Assembly (NCBI GenBank): GCA_038893995.1
Contig: JAWAQK010000020.1
Span: forward strand, 1-38,231
From: Candidatus Thorarchaeota archaeon
GTDB lineage: Archaea > Asgardarchaeota > Thorarchaeia > Thorarchaeales > Thorarchaeaceae
DNA length: 38,231 nt
Direction of reading: 5' to 3'
Shown here: positions 37,952 through 38,231 of the stretch, piece by piece
Numbering within the stretch: position 1 is the first letter of the stretch
How the letters are laid out: each line of letters opens with the position of its first letter
Program-made: the position numbers and the translations under genes
The notes under the pieces: generated by a model
What the model was told of the DNA's origin: nothing
The model's input: only the letters and a program-made list of their open reading frames with translations
Databases searched by the model: none

Positions 37952-38231
37952 TGCATCGGCCATTCTTAAGCGTATCTGATATTTCGAGTGGGGTAGTTCT
38001 TCGGTCATGAAGTGCTGGACCATGGGGCACGAGGTCTGTCCCGAGGAGGGTCGCTTGACATTGTCACACGTCGGGGAAACGATTCGCAGCCTAGGCCTTC
38101 TCCATTCGGCACAGACGTGTTCGGCCACAACATCCGACTTCGGTGGCAGGAGAGCCCGCTGGCCGAGGCGAGGGCTCTCCCACGAGTCGTCAGACTAATC
38201 CCGGTAGGTTCACGTCCCTCAGGGTCCACAC

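Overview
This is an archaeal chromosome segment, very likely from an Asgard archaeon (Thorarchaeia-like). That assignment is inferred from tandem Rab-like small GTPases without prenylation motifs, a longin-like protein, GGTGA-type Shine-Dalgarno motifs and archaeal-style housekeeping genes. Recognisable genes are an ATP-grasp ligase, a GH116 GBA2-like glucosylceramidase, a TIM-barrel isomerase, the pstSCAB-phoU operon with a divergent AbrB/PhoU regulator, an orphan SPPY DNA methyltransferase, a CruF-like protein, a C39-like secreted peptidase, UbiE/MenG, TldD/PmbA, a radical SAM/SPASM enzyme, a GNAT and a lysophospholipase-like hydrolase. The right end (about 33-38 kb) looks accessory. It holds a membrane protein with a candidate adaptin/coatomer-appendage-like module, a NERD/PD-(D/E)XK nuclease and a NYN ribonuclease. 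The NYN gene's 5' leader can fold into a ~118-nt hairpin that buries the start codon, a candidate RNA-controlled toxin or autoregulatory system. A second structured region lies between the two nucleases. Also notable are two paralogous disordered zinc-ribbon proteins sharing short motifs, and two genes that appear to start at non-canonical ATA/ATC codons. No rRNA, tRNA, CRISPR array or transposase was recognised. All calls come from reading motifs by eye; no searches were run.
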